From the IMG/VR virus record IMGVR_UViG_3300030061_002247, positions 1 through 64,000 of that record: a stretch of DNA of 64,000 nucleotides; one strand, 5' to 3'. Under the pieces are notes generated by a model, which did not search any database, had not been told where the DNA came from, and saw nothing but the letters and a program-made list of their open reading frames with translations. This DNA comes from a virus. This document shows positions 39,195 through 48,633 of this stretch, in pieces (the first letter of the stretch is position 1; each line of letters opens with the position of its first letter). The position numbers and the translations under genes were made by a program.

Positions 39195-39913
39195 TCCTCC
39201 TCGTCAGCGAGACCCCATCTCTCAACACTCATGCAGTACGTACCCCACATCCATGAGGGAACACGCTCGCCTGTGTCTGGGTCTTTGCTTCCAAGCACTA
39301 CCCCTAACTCAGGGTTATCGGCATCAGCCATCTCGACCATCTGCTTTCTTGTCATGCATTGTCTCAATGTTCCGTCGCTGTTGACGAATCTCATGAATAG
39401 GTAATCACCAGCAAGAAGATGGAAATCATCTGGGTCTATCTTAGTGACATGCCCACACGAGCATGGTAGGTCGTAAGCCCATACCTCAACCTCGTGTGTG
39501 TTGCCATCCTCAAGTAGAATCTCCTGCTCTCCCTCGAAACTAGGGCGAGCCTTCTCCAATTCCAGTTCGGCTAGTTTGTGCCCACATTCAACACACGCCC
39601 AAGACTTCGCTATCTCCATCCTGTGTGCAGTCTCCTGTGCGTAGGCCTCCTCGGATGACGCAGGTGGGTCGTATTCCACCTCATCACCCATGACCATGTT
39701 TATTCCAACACTCATCATGATTGTTGCAAACCTCATGTGGTTCTCCTGAACTGTGGGATGATTCATCATGCGAATCACCTTCCAACTGTCGTCAGTTACC
39801 TTCTGGTATGTCAGTCCCGTTCCCTCTGGACTCCACACACCACCGATACCCATGTTATCGAAGTGCTCCTTAGCCCATGTCTTCATCTCTTCATTTATCT
39901 CAAACTCACTCAT
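39191..39913 (-). CDS. Hypothetical protein with Zn ribbon
   Basis: CVECG...CSCG; 240 aa. Confidence 0.6.
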   Translation of the reverse strand: MSEFEINEEMKTWAKEHFDNMGIGGVWSPEGTGLTYQKVTDDSWKVIRMMNHPTVQENHMRFATIMMSVGINMVMGDEVEYDPPASSEEAYAQETAHRMEIAKSWACVECGHKLAELELEKARPSFEGEQEILLEDGNTHEVEVWAYDLPCSCGHVTKIDPDDFHLLAGDYLFMRFVNSDGTLRQCMTRKQMVEMADADNPELGVVLGSKDPDTGERVPSWMWGTYCMSVERWGLADEEE

Positions 39914-40214
39914 CTCTTACATCTCCTGTGTTTTCCTGTTCCACCAACTGCTCGCATTCCCAGCAAGGAAATAAACTGTGCGTGTCGGTAATTACAACCA
40001 CACTTCCGTCTTGTATATCACTCTTACACAAGGGACAACATCCCAATACCTGTTTGGCAGGCATGGCCGCAAGTACCTCACGTTCCTTGTCCTTGTAGGT
40101 GATGTACATCACTTCCTCACACAGTTCGGCTATCTCTCCCATGCCATTCACAAACTTCCCATAAGGAAGAAAGGACTTCGTGGTCAGAGTGGATTCAACG
40201 TACCTCTCAGTCAT
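39906..40214 (-). CDS. Hypothetical Zn-finger protein
   Basis: CPLC...CWEC. Confidence 0.55.
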   Translation of the reverse strand: MTERYVESTLTTKSFLPYGKFVNGMGEIAELCEEVMYITYKDKEREVLAAMPAKQVLGCCPLCKSDIQDGSVVVITDTHSLFPCWECEQLVEQENTGDVRDE

Positions 40215-40337
40215 TGTGCATCACATCCATGTGTTTTGTGTGGTGACGGTAGGGATGTATAAACAAACGAACGATTTCCGATGACTGCTTGGTGTAGTCC
40301 CCGCCACCACGAGACTACAGCAATCATAGAATGTGAA

Positions 40338-40913
40338 TTAGAACAGGTAAACATCGTCACCGCCCTCTGGTATATCTGTGTCAACAAGGTCTTCTACAAC
40401 ATGCCCGCCCATCAATTCTGAGAGTGTCTTTATCCACTCGTCCTTATCGAAGTACGGTATGTCTGGGCACTTCTTGTCTGCGAAAGCCTTCGCATCATCC
40501 AACTCCCAGAATCCCTTCTTGACACCATCGAATACTATGCCAATCAGAATCCTCTGATTGTTCTCTATCTCTTCCTCCTCAACCTTACAGTATATCTTCT
40601 TGACCATAGGGTCAGGGTTCAGATTGTAGGAAAGGCCACGTGCAAATGACAGGGGTATGTTCTCCCTCTCACTCACGTTGCTGTAGAGAATCTCCCAACC
40701 TATGTCATCCATGGTATCGACTTGGCTCAACATGGCCGAGTCCATGACGTACATGGAATGCATGTGAGCAGTGTCGTGTGCCTCATTGTGTATGCGTTCC
40801 TTGGCCTTGTTCCTCATCCTTGTATACTCTACGGCCTCTTCAGGTATTGGTGTGTCGTTCACCTTTTCTGCAACACCTTGGAGTATGTCGTATATGTTCT
40901 GAGTCGTAATCAT
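40338..40913 (-). CDS. Hypothetical protein
   Basis: 191 aa coupled ORF. Confidence 0.6.
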   Translation of the reverse strand: MITTQNIYDILQGVAEKVNDTPIPEEAVEYTRMRNKAKERIHNEAHDTAHMHSMYVMDSAMLSQVDTMDDIGWEILYSNVSERENIPLSFARGLSYNLNPDPMVKKIYCKVEEEEIENNQRILIGIVFDGVKKGFWELDDAKAFADKKCPDIPYFDKDEWIKTLSELMGGHVVEDLVDTDIPEGGDDVYLF

Positions 40914-41533
40914 TCGACCACTACCTCTGCTTCCTGTGTCACAATGCTCTCCCCTATGAGTTCGGGGTTAAGAATTGCATTGGTCACAGGTACGGCTTCA
41001 ACACGTATCTGTTGCCTACCGGACATCTTGGTCATAGTCAAATCATTGATTTGTGATGATATCTCATCCACCAGTTTAGCATGCTTCGCATACTTGTCCT
41101 TCCAGTGCTTGGCTAGGTCTTTGTCTGTGCTGATAGACATCTCAAGTCCTTCCTTCAGTGCTTCAGCAATACGTGTGTATGCCGCTTTACCCAGTGGGCC
41201 TGCTGTGTCTGAATCCGCAGGTACTAGCATACCCACGAGCATGTCCAACAGGATGTTCCTCTGAAGGCTCAGAGGCACTTTCATCGGTATCCTCTGCTCC
41301 CATCCGGCTTCCTTCCTGTACCCATGTCCCTGTGTCCTACCACCTGTGTGTGGCTCTGTCTGCACCATGACGGTCGAACCTGTCATCATGTCCATGACCA
41401 TTATCTCAGGGTCACTGAAGTACTCCTCACTATCATCATAGCGAGCCTTCTCCGCTTTCGTTATTATCGCTCCCAGTGATGCGAGTGCCTTACCCACACC
41501 ATCTGTCCATTCCATCTGCTCTGCTTGTTTCAT
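40910..41533 (-). CDS. Hypothetical protein
   Basis: 207 aa; starts 16 nt after promoter copy 3. Confidence 0.65.
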   Translation of the reverse strand: MKQAEQMEWTDGVGKALASLGAIITKAEKARYDDSEEYFSDPEIMVMDMMTGSTVMVQTEPHTGGRTQGHGYRKEAGWEQRIPMKVPLSLQRNILLDMLVGMLVPADSDTAGPLGKAAYTRIAEALKEGLEMSISTDKDLAKHWKDKYAKHAKLVDEISSQINDLTMTKMSGRQQIRVEAVPVTNAILNPELIGESIVTQEAEVVVE

Positions 41534-41549
41534 ACATCTCTCCTCTCTT

Positions 41550-41570
41550 GTTCCTTTATATGAGGAAGCC
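41550..41570 (-). promoter_or_regulatory. Conserved TATA promoter motif, copy 3
   Basis: GTTCCTTTATATGAGGAAGCC; flank TCCTCTCTT and ATG spacing are identical to copy 1. Confidence 0.85.
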
Positions 41571-41641
41571 TACAACTATCGCACTTCCCCCTTCGGTCGT
41601 GCCCCCAGTGCACCTTAGCCCCACACCATCTGCATGAGAGC

Positions 41642-42031
41642 CTATTCCTCACCTTGCATCATCTCCTTCATCTTCTCGTTGTAGAAGGGGTTGTCCACAA
41701 TCCTGATATCATCAAACACAATCTGCTTGAAGTTCACTGTCTCACCATAGACATACGACGCACCCTCGTCGGGAACGCCTAGCATCTCGGTCATCTTAGG
41801 CGAGTGGTCTACACCCAGACTCATGTCATCGGGGTTAGCCGTGAATGGAATCAGGACAACCTTTTCTGCATCTCGTCTGGTAAAGCAAATCCACCTCGCA
41901 CATGCTTCTAGGTTAGTCGAGCAATACACCTCACCGAAGCGTGGTTGTATGCCGTTGCCTAGTATGCTTGTCAGGTTCTCATACGGACTAGCGTGCCAAT
42001 ACACCTGTGTCTTACTCATGATATCACACAT
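41642..42031 (-). CDS. ADP-ribosyltransferase-fold protein (H-type, Tpt1/DarT-like)
   Basis: YWHASPYENLTSILGNGIQP...VYCSTNLEAC...SYVYGETV matches the LYHxT...SI...GL.P...VYLS pattern. Confidence 0.6.
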   Translation of the reverse strand: MCDIMSKTQVYWHASPYENLTSILGNGIQPRFGEVYCSTNLEACARWICFTRRDAEKVVLIPFTANPDDMSLGVDHSPKMTEMLGVPDEGASYVYGETVNFKQIVFDDIRIVDNPFYNEKMKEMMQGEE

Positions 42032-42286
42032 CCATCTCTAGGCGGGCTTCTGTGTTGACCACCACTCATGTGTCCACCACATTTACTACATCTCCACATC
42101 GCTCCGACCACATATCTTTTACCTCTCAGGTATCGAATAGTGTCACCTTTTCTCCAGTCACACTTACTCATGATACCTGCTCCTTGATTCGCTCCCAAGC
42201 ATCGCTCCAATCACCAATGTTGCTACCTTCTTTTTCTTCAAATCGCTTGATGATATTTCTGATACGCCTTATCCTGTACTCATGAT

Positions 42287-42793
42287 TCATACTGTCACCC
42301 CCATCCACCAGTCAGGCGGGCTTGTGTGTCTGTAATGCACACCGCCTGCACTGTGTATCTTGCTGTGGTAATAGGCACGGTACGCCTGTACTGCATCCTC
42401 GTGTTTGAACTCGTCAGGCATGGCCTGAGCGAACGGTGTCATCTCCTCTCCAACATATGGCATCATATGCGACATCTGATGGATTGGGCTTTGACACGCA
42501 TGAACCTTACCGAACCTTTTCTTGTACTCTCGACACAATGAGATGGCATGATTGGCTAACCAAAGGAAGTTAGTATCGCTATCTCCTGCCCAGAGGGTAC
42601 ATGGATGCCGAGCGTAGCCACCCTTGTACGGGCTGCCACTCTTAGTCAATGGCATTTGCTCATCGGTAGCACCCCACCTACGTAGGGCTGATGCCATCAT
42701 CTGTGCTGACTCAGTGACCATCTTCGGTACTCGCACACAATCCATCGCCTGTGCTGCCTTCTCTGGGTCTGCATCCAACACGAATATGTTCAT
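42287..42793 (-). CDS. Pyrimidine-dimer DNA glycosylase-like protein (DenV/Pyr_excise family)
   Basis: MNIFVLD..P..AA......VPKM..ESAQM, HPCTLW, EY.KRFGKVH, TPFAQAMPDE, AYRAYY, PDW. Confidence 0.8.
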   Translation of the reverse strand: MNIFVLDADPEKAAQAMDCVRVPKMVTESAQMMASALRRWGATDEQMPLTKSGSPYKGGYARHPCTLWAGDSDTNFLWLANHAISLCREYKKRFGKVHACQSPIHQMSHMMPYVGEEMTPFAQAMPDEFKHEDAVQAYRAYYHSKIHSAGGVHYRHTSPPDWWMGVTV

Positions 42794-43014
42794 GCTGTCA
42801 CCTCGTCTATGGCCTCAGAGATGTCTGTGTCCTCACGCATGTATGTCAGGATAGTCGCTTTCAGGTTTAGGTTTTCTAGAATCCTCCACATGGTAGCATA
42901 CTCCTTAGCCATCTTACGCCAGTCCTCAATGTCCTCACGTAGTGTCTCCAGTTCTGCTTCCAGTTCTCTAGCACGCTTCTTGGCTATGGCTAAGGCTATG
43001 TGTGTCCCACTCAT
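42790..43014 (-). CDS. Coiled-coil hypothetical protein
   Basis: Coupled 74 aa ORF. Confidence 0.5.
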   Translation of the reverse strand: MSGTHIALAIAKKRARELEAELETLREDIEDWRKMAKEYATMWRILENLNLKATILTYMREDTDISEAIDEVTA

Positions 43015-43201
43015 TCCTCCTCACCTCGTATCTCATCGATAACCTCCTGTTGCTCTCGGATGGCTTGTAGCACATGCTTAGGAACAATAGGGTCTGTTAG
43101 TTTCGTATGATAGATGAGTCTACGCAAGTCCTGCATCCCCTGAAGCCTGCCTTCCTCGTATGTCAGGAACTCGTCTGCCTCTGTCAGGCTATCTGCATAA
43201 C

Positions 43202-43387
43202 TCATTCTACCACCTTCTCTTTGCCTATCTCTTGGCCACAAGCGGAGCAGTAAGACATACCATCTTTCGCACCTATGTGTCCATGAGGCCCAAAGCCAGC
43301 GTTGCACCACTCCTTACCCTTGTGTGTATCAAACACAGGAGAGCACCGCATGCCGTCAGGCTTGTACTGGTATCTCGCTACCTTCAT
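43202..43387 (-). CDS. Small Cys/His-rich protein
   Basis: 61 aa with CSACG; ATGA-coupled. Confidence 0.45.
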   Translation of the reverse strand: MKVARYQYKPDGMRCSPVFDTHKGKEWCNAGFGPHGHIGAKDGMSYCSACGQEIGKEKVVE

Positions 43388-43812
43388 TCGTCATCACTCC
43401 CGAACAGTTGCACATCGTATGTCCCATCGGCATCGACCGTGGTCATTGATGCGAAGGGAGCATCGAACATGCTCATCTGCATGACTCGCTCACGGATGTG
43501 TGTCGGGCAGTCTGTGGTAGCACCCTCATCATCGTGGCCTAGCAACAGGAAGTCACCGTGCATTGACAACACACTCCCAAGGGGCATGTTGCACATCTCT
43601 GCGATGAACTCACGAGCGATTGGATTGAGGGGCAGTTCACGTAGCCTGCCTTCCTCGTTCCCAATCAAGTCCCATGTCTGCTTGACACCGTTGAGGGTGA
43701 TGTCATCACCCCCAGTCAATGCGTATTCGATGTTCCCGCCTACGGCTGACTGCATGTCGCTTAGGCCGTCTACAGAAATCGGTTCGACTTTCCCGTTGGT
43801 GCGAATCAACAC
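43384..43812 (-). CDS. DUF3846-like protein
   Basis: LSDMQSAVGGNIE...GNEEGRLRELPLNPIA...HGDFLLLG. Confidence 0.75.
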   Translation of the reverse strand: MLIRTNGKVEPISVDGLSDMQSAVGGNIEYALTGGDDITLNGVKQTWDLIGNEEGRLRELPLNPIAREFIAEMCNMPLGSVLSMHGDFLLLGHDDEGATTDCPTHIRERVMQMSMFDAPFASMTTVDADGTYDVQLFGSDDE

Positions 43813-43823
43813 GCCTGAGTTGC

Positions 43824-45041
43824 TCAGAGTGTCACCCCCATTGCTTCCATAGGGGTGACGTACTCGTTCAAATCCACAACACCGGATACAACATCCGACA
43901 TGAGTTTGTGGACTGCATGTAGTCGTGTGTCAAGAGCACCGATTGCTAGGGCACTTCCTGTAAGGACAGCGTTGCCCTTACCGCTCAGTGTATTAGCACC
44001 GCTCCATGTAGGCTTGTGTGTTAGAACACCAGTGAGTACGTTGTAGGCATGGTATGCCGTACCGATTGCCTCACCCTCTACCTTCACGAAGTCAGCCTCA
44101 GGTCTGTTCCAACCCATGAGTGCCGCACGGAATCCATAGCCTCTGGATATGGAGTAGTCCACGACGGTATCAGTCTGCTTGTTTATCATGGGCGTTGCTT
44201 GAGGCAGGGAGAGAATCTTTCTCTCTCGTGCCGCAACTAGAAGTTTGCCGAACAGGTCGTTGTCCATCCCGAAGGAAGTCATCGACTCAACAAGTTCGAG
44301 TTGCTCCACAACGTCTTCAATCATACCCGCAATCGAGTTGCTGAACTTGGCGAAGTCAATTGAGCCGACACCGTTCTTCGTGTGTCTCAAACTCGCTAGG
44401 TTCTTGGTCGATGTAGCAACCATACCATTGGTACAGGCAAGTCTCTCTGCAACTCCGTTGATTTTCAGAGAACCGCTACCGTCAAGGCTGTTGTGAATAG
44501 ACACACCATACCTGTACAAGTCTCCAACGTGTGTGAGTTCCGACTTCTCGTTAGCAACTACGTTGATGTCCATTCGTGCTTTCTTACCGAAGTCATAGGC
44601 TGTTATCTTGAAGTCCCATCCCTTCTCATTGCAGTGCATTGCCAATGGAGCAAACACTTCTGGGTAAGACACACCTGCGTATCTCTTGGAGACCGCACCT
44701 AGTATAGCACCAACAGGTTGCTTCTCTGTCCTGACCTTGGGGTTCATTATTATGAACAGGTTGTTCTCACCGTTGTACGCATCTGTTACTGTGTACAGTC
44801 CGTCATCCACACCTGAGTCCTCAGGATGTTGGTCAACGTTCACCACAGCAGGCAACACGTAGGGTTTGAAGTCCCAGTCACAGACTGTCTTAGTCCTACC
44901 ACCTTTGGTCAAGAAGGCAAAGCCTTCTCCTTCGTGAACTTGCATAGCACCACTAGCAATAGTGTGCGTATCCCAGTTCGGGCTTTCGTCATCGTTCGTC
45001 ATATCGTTTGTATCAATGTTCATATCCATATCAATCACCAT
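43824..45041 (-). CDS. DUF932/DUF945-like phage/plasmid protein
   Basis: LGAVSKRY, HNSLDGSGSL, RLACTNGM, RHT, TAYHAYNVLT. Confidence 0.8.
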   Translation of the reverse strand: MVIDMDMNIDTNDMTNDDESPNWDTHTIASGAMQVHEGEGFAFLTKGGRTKTVCDWDFKPYVLPAVVNVDQHPEDSGVDDGLYTVTDAYNGENNLFIIMNPKVRTEKQPVGAILGAVSKRYAGVSYPEVFAPLAMHCNEKGWDFKITAYDFGKKARMDINVVANEKSELTHVGDLYRYGVSIHNSLDGSGSLKINGVAERLACTNGMVATSTKNLASLRHTKNGVGSIDFAKFSNSIAGMIEDVVEQLELVESMTSFGMDNDLFGKLLVAARERKILSLPQATPMINKQTDTVVDYSISRGYGFRAALMGWNRPEADFVKVEGEAIGTAYHAYNVLTGVLTHKPTWSGANTLSGKGNAVLTGSALAIGALDTRLHAVHKLMSDVVSGVVDLNEYVTPMEAMGVTL

Positions 45042-47161
45042 TCCTCTGTTGTTCCTTTATATGAGGAAGCCCCTTTCCCACCGATGAAATCGGTTAGCAT
45101 GCTCGCAGGAATCTCACCTGCATCCACCATGCTCGTTAGCAACTCTGTTGCCAAGGCCTTCCTCTGTTCCTTCTCTCCACCATCCAGTATCCCTTTGACC
45201 ACATCTCTCTTCTGAGAGACGATGCGAGAGAACCTCTCGTCAATCGTGTTGGAGACGCATAGGTAGACTGCGTGAACAACACTCGCATCCTGACCTATCC
45301 TATTCACTCTGTCCTCCGCCTGTTCCTCTACGGCAGGAGTCCACTCACGTTCCACGAACACAACCGTGTCTGCTTTGGTGAGTGTTATTCCCATGTTGGC
45401 CGACAGTATGTTAGCAACCAACACGTCTACGTTCCCTGCTTGGAAGTCCTCGATTATGGCCTGCCTCTTCTGTGCATTGACACCACCTTCGATGACTGCA
45501 ACACGCAGGAACTCAGGGTTGAACGTGTCCACTACTCGTTTCAACACATCTCTGTGATGAGTGTAAACGATGACGGGCTTGCCTGTCTGCTCGTGGTACT
45601 GAGCCACCCACTCACAGGCCGATTTCACCTTGAGCATCCCACAGTGATGCCTCAGACTCGTGAGCATGTTCAACACGAATCCCGCAGGGAGTGTGTTGTT
45701 CTGCTTGTGTTGCCTGTACTCATCCAACCAACCAGACTGCAAGGTCTGGTATGACTTGACCCCAGATGCCGAAGGCTCGACTGCGAAGTCCTGCCTTATC
45801 TTGTCAGGCAGTTCCTCCATGACCTCCTTCTTCAGTCTGCGAAGCACGAAGTCCCTACTCACAGTGTGTAGTTCTTTCTCGTTGGAAGAGCCACGTGTGT
45901 CCCAACCGAACCCGTTGTGATATGCATCGCAGTACCTCTGAACATACTTGAGCCATGACGGGAAGTCAACTGGTCTGAGCAGGTTCAGCGTGGTGAAGTA
46001 CTCCTCAGGCCGACTGGTTATGGCAGTGCCACTGAGACAGAGTACACTCTGTGTCTGCTTCCCTATGTTGAGACAGGCCTGTGTCCTCTTGGCTGTCTTG
46101 TTCTTCAGGAAGTGAGACTCGTCGAACACACACAGGTTGAATCCCCTGTCCATGAGTTGCTCCTCTCTCTTGCCCATCAAGTCATAGTTCACTATGGTGA
46201 AGTCAGCATCTGCTATCTCACCCTTGAAGCCGTTGACCACCTCGACACTCACGTCTTTGAGCCACGTGTCAATCTCCTTAGCCCAGTTGTACTTGACACT
46301 GGAGGGACAGACCACAAGCACAGGCCATAGTTCCCTGTGAAGGGATGCGTATGCTATCGCTTGGATGGTCTTGCCTATCCCCATGTCGTCCCCGATGAGG
46401 CATCTCCCACCTGCAAGTTCAGCGAAGCGAACACCCACGTATTGGAAGGGGTACAACTCGCAACCATCGTTGAAGGTTTCAGACAACCTCTTCTGCATCT
46501 CGTCAACCGTATGTGCGTTTGTCAACTCGACTGCACTGCTGATTGCTACACGCTCCGCATGTTTGGTGATGTACATCTGAACATCCTCAAGTTCGCTCAC
46601 TACTGTGGCCAGTGGCTCGTAGACATCCTCTAGTCTCTTGACTAGGAATCCTGCTTGCTTTATCGGTATCATCCAACGCTTGTTGTCTTTGTCCCACTTC
46701 CTGTTAGGGATGCCCTTGACAATCTCCTTGACCTCATCCCTCAGGGATGCATCCCTGATGAAAGGCCACTCCAATGCCAACGCACCATCCACGATGTATG
46801 CTGAACACTTGCTCGCAGTACTCGTGTTTGAAGGGGCGGATGCTATGTGCTCGGTGATGGGTGAACTATCGTAGCCGAACCTCTCAAAGATGGAAGCAGT
46901 GACCTGCAACACATCCCTGTCGAAACGCACGCTCCATGTGTTGTTGCTCCACTTGACGTTGTAGAATCCCTCAAGGGACTTCAACTCATTCTTCATGGCG
47001 TTGTTTATCTCAGGGTTGTATGGGAAGGACAGTGCAACACGCTTCGCCTGTCTTGGATACCTACGCTGTGTGTCGTTCTTCGTGTAGTACGTCTCTGTGT
47101 ACATGTCTGCCTTAAGAGTCAAGTTCCCACCTCTCGTGTACATTCTCTCCATCCTCAACAC
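45035..47161 (-). CDS. SNF2-family helicase, SMARCAL1/HARP-like
   Basis: GDDMGIGKT, VVCP, DESH, LSGT, LRRLKKEV, QAEDRVNRIGQ; two N-terminal HARP-like repeats (FPYNPEI..KW; WPF..VK.IPNRKWD..KRW). Start uncertain. Confidence 0.9.
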   Translation of the reverse strand: MLRMERMYTRGGNLTLKADMYTETYYTKNDTQRRYPRQAKRVALSFPYNPEINNAMKNELKSLEGFYNVKWSNNTWSVRFDRDVLQVTASIFERFGYDSSPITEHIASAPSNTSTASKCSAYIVDGALALEWPFIRDASLRDEVKEIVKGIPNRKWDKDNKRWMIPIKQAGFLVKRLEDVYEPLATVVSELEDVQMYITKHAERVAISSAVELTNAHTVDEMQKRLSETFNDGCELYPFQYVGVRFAELAGGRCLIGDDMGIGKTIQAIAYASLHRELWPVLVVCPSSVKYNWAKEIDTWLKDVSVEVVNGFKGEIADADFTIVNYDLMGKREEQLMDRGFNLCVFDESHFLKNKTAKRTQACLNIGKQTQSVLCLSGTAITSRPEEYFTTLNLLRPVDFPSWLKYVQRYCDAYHNGFGWDTRGSSNEKELHTVSRDFVLRRLKKEVMEELPDKIRQDFAVEPSASGVKSYQTLQSGWLDEYRQHKQNNTLPAGFVLNMLTSLRHHCGMLKVKSACEWVAQYHEQTGKPVIVYTHHRDVLKRVVDTFNPEFLRVAVIEGGVNAQKRQAIIEDFQAGNVDVLVANILSANMGITLTKADTVVFVEREWTPAVEEQAEDRVNRIGQDASVVHAVYLCVSNTIDERFSRIVSQKRDVVKGILDGGEKEQRKALATELLTSMVDAGEIPASMLTDFIGGKGASSYKGTTEEW
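45051..45071 (-). promoter_or_regulatory. Conserved TATA promoter motif, copy 4
   Basis: GTTCCTTTATATGAGGAAGCC inside the 3' end of the SNF2 gene. Confidence 0.8.
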
Positions 47162-47585
47162 GCATGATTAGAACGTCATCCTCACGCATGCCTGTTGGAA
47201 CACGCTTGGGGTCAAGCATGCGTTTGATGGCATCCCTGACGAAGCCCGTCCTATCCTTGCCATGCAAGCAGTGGAAGAACACTGGTGCGTCTTGTGCCAG
47301 TGTCAGTATCAACTGAGCAGTGTCACGAATGTAGTCCTCATCCCTGACGTAGTTCTTCTTCCCGTAGGGATTCTCGATGTGTCTGACAATCCTGCTGACA
47401 TACACTGTACGTGAGTTGTTGTCAATCCATTTACCTGCTCTCCTGTCAAGGGACACGACTGTATCTATCCGCTCCGTGTTCAACATGCGATGTGTGTCAT
47501 CACCCTCGATGAACTTCTTTCCATCAGCACAGAAAACGTTGTGTGTAATTTTCATGTATCCAAGACCTATGTATCTGTGTGTCAT
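47112..47585 (-). CDS. Protein-tyrosine/dual-specificity phosphatase (CX5R)
   Basis: IDTVVSL, PVFFHCLHGKDRTG. Confidence 0.85.
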   Translation of the reverse strand: MTHRYIGLGYMKITHNVFCADGKKFIEGDDTHRMLNTERIDTVVSLDRRAGKWIDNNSRTVYVSRIVRHIENPYGKKNYVRDEDYIRDTAQLILTLAQDAPVFFHCLHGKDRTGFVRDAIKRMLDPKRVPTGMREDDVLIMRVEDGENVHERWELDS

Positions 47586-48163
47586 TCTTCCTCACTCTCC
47601 TCTTCTTCGTAGCATCCCCAACATACCATAACACCGTAGTACTCACAGTACTCAAGGTTGAAGTCGTGACACTCACAATTCCCACACAAGTTGTCTGCGT
47701 ACTGCCTGTCTTTGACTCCGTTGAGTTCGACCCAACCACAACTGTGATTGGTTGTCTCCAGAGTTGGCTCTGTGTTGAACACCGCACCTAGGCTAGTGAT
47801 GCTACCATAACCTGACATCTGTTCAGGACACACGCACTCCACAGGCACGATTGCCAACATACCTGCGTCAACAGGCAAGGACACCTTAGTGCCTGAGTCA
47901 TCTTCCAAGTGGAAGTCCCACGTGTTATCACCACCGGGTGATGCGTGACACTCGATGTCGTATGTTCGACCGTTCACTTCCCACTTGAGTGTGCCGTAGT
48001 AGTCCTTGTGCTTCTTGTATCCGTCTAGTTTGAACACCTTGTCACAGAACTCGCTCCATCTCCTGTCGGCAATCACGTAGCATGGGTCTCCCACGTAGAA
48101 CTCGTAGTCCTTGTAATCCACGTGTGTCTCTCTGTCTGCGTATGATGGGATACTCATGTTCAT
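47582..48163 (-). CDS. Conserved phage hypothetical protein (YVGDPCY...VDAG family)
   Basis: Motifs FYVGDPCYV and PVDAGMLAIVP; start reassigned to the ATGA overlap. Confidence 0.6.
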   Translation of the reverse strand: MNMSIPSYADRETHVDYKDYEFYVGDPCYVIADRRWSEFCDKVFKLDGYKKHKDYYGTLKWEVNGRTYDIECHASPGGDNTWDFHLEDDSGTKVSLPVDAGMLAIVPVECVCPEQMSGYGSITSLGAVFNTEPTLETTNHSCGWVELNGVKDRQYADNLCGNCECHDFNLEYCEYYGVMVCWGCYEEEESEEE

Positions 48164-48633
48164 TCCTCCTCCTGTGTATCCAATGCGGATATGTTGTCGT
48201 CTGTCTCTTGATGCTGTGCCGTAGCCATCGCATCTCCCTTGTTCATGGTTACAACACACTCGCCTTGCTTGGCGTAGTCAAACACCTGTGTCACTGTGGG
48301 ACTTGGGTTCACACCCAAGAGGCAACCCTTCTCGTGATTCAAAGGCTCGCCGTGTATCAGCAACGCATTCGTGTTGTCATCGAACTCGACCGCATCCATC
48401 TGTATGTAGAAGTGGCTTCCCTTACTCGCTCCGCTCTCCAATATCGGCTCTTGCTCACGTAGCCAGTCAATCACAACTTGCGGTGCTCTCAACTCGTTCG
48501 CATATCCATACTCACGGTTCACGTTGATGCTCCCCAGTATCTGAATATGCATCGCATACTCACTGTTGTACTCCGTTCTCACTTGCATTCTCTTCATTAT
48601 TCCATTTCCATTCGTTTGTTCATTCATGTTCAT
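48160..48633 (-). CDS. Hypothetical protein
   Basis: 157 aa, first gene after promoter copy 5. Confidence 0.6.
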   Translation of the reverse strand: MNMNEQTNGNGIMKRMQVRTEYNSEYAMHIQILGSINVNREYGYANELRAPQVVIDWLREQEPILESGASKGSHFYIQMDAVEFDDNTNALLIHGEPLNHEKGCLLGVNPSPTVTQVFDYAKQGECVVTMNKGDAMATAQHQETDDNISALDTQEEE

